Shown piece by piece: positions 59,701 through 64,000 of a DNA stretch of 64,000 bases. Under the pieces are notes generated by a model. That model did no database searches. It was given only the letters and a program-made list of their open reading frames with translations, and was not told the DNA's origin. Positions within the stretch are counted from its first letter, which is position 1. Each line of letters begins with the position of its first letter. Source of the stretch: the human T2T-CHM13v2.0 reference genome, Homo sapiens. Both the position numbers and the translations under genes were made by a program. The stretch lies in NCBI RefSeq assembly GCF_009914755.1, contig NC_060929.1. The stretch is one strand, 5' to 3'.

Positions 59701-60670
59701 CATAGCTTCTTAAAGGCATCTTATAAATGTCTTAAGATAGAAATGGAAATGTTATGGGCCTGCCTATAAAGAGATTACCCATCCAAGTGCCAAATACATG
59801 ATTTAGTTAGAATGCATTTGGTTGCGACAGAAGGTCAATGTGAGCTAGTTTAAGCAAACCAAAAAAATGAAAATGACAAAAAACAAAATCAAACAACAAA
59901 AAATAATTTATTGGAAGAATACTGGGATCTCTCACTGAATCCAAAGAGTTGAACAATCAAGCATTCTAGCTTTCTTTACAGGGCAGAAAACAAGGCCTCC
60001 AATTATCCAAACTCTCTATCGTAGACAAGCAGACTTCGTTCAATACATAATAATGCTGGCATGAAAGGACTCAGAAAAAATGCACTGATGTGTCCGCATC
60101 TGTTCAAGTAACCATTCTGGGGCCACCAATCCTCTACGACCAACATGAGCATGGGGTATCTGGACTATTCACAGAGTGAGCAATTAGGGCTTGACAGCCA
60201 CTCATAAGGGGTTTCCCATAGTAACTTCCGGATTCCTTTATACCAGGTCTGATGTGATACTACATCATTATCAAGTCATAATGTTTCTTGAAAAATGTAA
60301 ACCCAACAACAAGAAGAGTAGCAATTTAGTTATACACTTAATTAAATAGTTTAAATAATAAAATAATTGAGGGATGTTAACAAAGGATAAATGTAACTTC
60401 TCATTCATTTATTTATGTGTATGTTATCAAAAAGGTCAAATTCAAGCATGTGCCCAGATAGCATTACCATGAATAAGAGAGATTATTTACTTTGGTTAAA
60501 CTCTTTTAAAATTAAATGTGAGGTATTATTGCAATTGAAATATTCACATCACAGCCTTGCAACCCTTGCATCTACCTAAATATATTAAATTTCATTTACT
60601 TATTTTCTCTCTATACAATTTCTAACAGTTGTTATTTATTTAATCATTCATTCATTTAACCTAAAATTGA

Positions 60671-61248
<578 letters not shown>

Positions 61249-61298
61249 TGAAATAGTGATTTTTTGAAAAGACAGAAAATGAGTTTCACCTTACTCAC

Positions 61299-61964
<666 letters not shown>

Positions 61965-63874
61965 CTCACCATTAATGCTATCAACACCTTCTTAAATATA
62001 TTCCAACAATTTAAATAAAATAGCTTTATTGACTTCCATAAAATAGTCCAATGGCAATAAAACATCAGGACTCTTGAAATGAATTTCGCACATTCAATTC
62101 AATCTCAGTGGTTAAGTGTGAAATTTATTACTATTGTTACTCATGATCAATTAATAAAATAATTTCAATATTCGTATTTGTAGCTACTATGCAAAGAGCA
62201 GCTTCCATATTCCAGGCACTACGACAGGCCCTTTCCATTGAATCCAAAAGAAGGAAGATGTCTCAAAGGGGCACAAGGACACTTTGCACAGCATAATTCA
62301 AATAGTGGCTAATGTTCTTAAGATTTAATGAGGACTATCTAGAGTCTCCTATCCCACCTTTTGTGAGAATTTCAATTGACCCAAGATTTCTGGAAACCCC
62401 AGAACTTCATGTTCTACTGGTCATCTGTGGCTCTGAGCTCCCGCTTCTGTAGGAAATATCTCCTTCTCCATTCACGGACAATAACTATTCTATGTGCTGA
62501 CTGAGATGAGCAACACAACTTGTTCTCCTTGATTTCCCCAAAGCCTCTTGATATCAGACATTGGCAGGTGCTGGGACTTGCAAACACACTTGTGATCCAG
62601 AGGGTTTTAAGTCACAGCAACAAAAATGACCTGATTATCAAGAGTTCTAACACATTTTCTTTTTTTACAAAAAAAAAAATAAGAAAAGTAAGAGAGAAAA
62701 AATCTACATCTTCTCCCAGAACACTGAAATGTAACATGTTGAAGTGTTATCAAGGAGCTTTGAAACGCCTCCTGCACTCTCTCTCCAGCGGATTTATAGA
62801 CCATCTCATGTAATAATCTGTCAATAAGTTAAATTCTGAAAGCTCATTTATTATTATTTTTTCTCTACCAAATATCCTCTCCTCTCTCCATATTTCCTTA
62901 GTGACTAAAGAAACTCCAGATTCACCATTGGATTTCCTGATTTAATCCCCAGCTTGAGACTGCATAGTCTTTACTGCTTAATTGTCTAAGAGAGATGGCA
63001 AAGAGTAATTCATCAAGCTGATATCAACTGAGGAGCACAGATTTCCATGGGCATCCTAATAAACTAATATGTGTTTGTAAAATGTGTGTTATTATATGCA
63101 TACATTCCATTACAACACTGAGAGCTAACTGTCTTCATTTTATCAGATAATTAAAATCAGTTTCAGAAATGTTACATAACCAAGGCCGTTCAGTAAGAAA
63201 ATGCTGGAGGAATCTGAAGTAAGTCTACTGATTCCAAATGTATCACTTTTTCCATCATGCAGAATATTAGCCCACACTCTATGGCCACTTATGAATCAGT
63301 CCTTAAAACAAGATGGCATACTTCTCCTTCAGAAGCGAGTGTCACGTAGCTTACTCTGTGTCATGGCAGAAGCCATGAAAATTACCTTATCCTTAAAATA
63401 GATTACAGCCCAGTAGTACTGAGTGACTTTCCCCCTAATTAACAAAGATAATCAGATGTCCCACCTCAAGTCCTTACCTAGACTTGTGGTGGAGACAATG
63501 GTTCCTAACGCTACATAATAAATTGTCTGTTGTTATAGATACTACATATTTACAAAGTATGGATATCTCAGACCACAGAGGAAAGATTCTTAGCAGGAAC
63601 AACAACAACAAAACTATATTTAAATGTTGTCAAGATTAAAAAATAATATGCAATATTTATCCTTAGCGATGAAATACTAATAAGTAGATTTTACTAGCTA
63701 ACAAGTTATATGTCAGAGTTTAACAACATCTATGATTTGGAGAAGACCTTAGTTCATTTAGTTAAATCTTCACTCTAATTTAAGTCCCTCACAGATATTC
63801 ATTCAGATTCTCCTTGCTTAATTCTAACATCTAGGACTTCGCTACTTCTCTCTTTGAATTTGTGGGTAGCTCTG

Positions 63875-63880
<6 letters not shown>

Positions 63881-63923
<43 letters not shown>
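63881..63923. repeat. (CA)n microsatellite, ~21 units
   Basis: Perfect ac repeat. Confidence 0.97.
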
Positions 63924-63925
<2 letters not shown>

Positions 63926-64000
63926 ACAGATCCTTTCCAACTTTTTTCGTACCCTAGTATCCTATGTTTCATATGGTAGTTAGAAAAGGATAATATATTT

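Overview
Repeat-rich, AT-rich primate genomic DNA, almost certainly human because it carries an AluYb8. It looks like a deep intron or intergenic region. I found no convincing host protein-coding exon, RNA gene or CpG island. The ORF track is explained by decayed LINE-1 ORF1/ORF2, Alu, microsatellite and old transposase/RT relics. The main element is a near-full-length, inactivated L1PA7-like LINE-1 on the minus strand (~10.8-17.1 kb). Around it are ~19 Alus, solo LTRs (MLT2A, MER57, THE1C, MLT1), DNA-transposon fossils (MER2, MER1B, MER20, MER82, MER58B, Kanga-like) and MIR/L2/L3 relics. The most unusual signals are three local self-copying events. (1) A 340-bp bipartite templated insertion at 19824-20163 lies inside an inverted (TG)n/(CA)n microsatellite and is made of one direct and one inverted, apparently identical piece of the neighbouring old L1. 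(2) A ~190-bp imperfect inverted repeat lies at 39915-40109 / 40994-41176. (3) A segment is triplicated at 50.5-53.1 kb, and an AluY present in only one copy dates it. Repeat family names come from recalled consensus sequences and were not computed. I see no evidence of a new protein-coding system.
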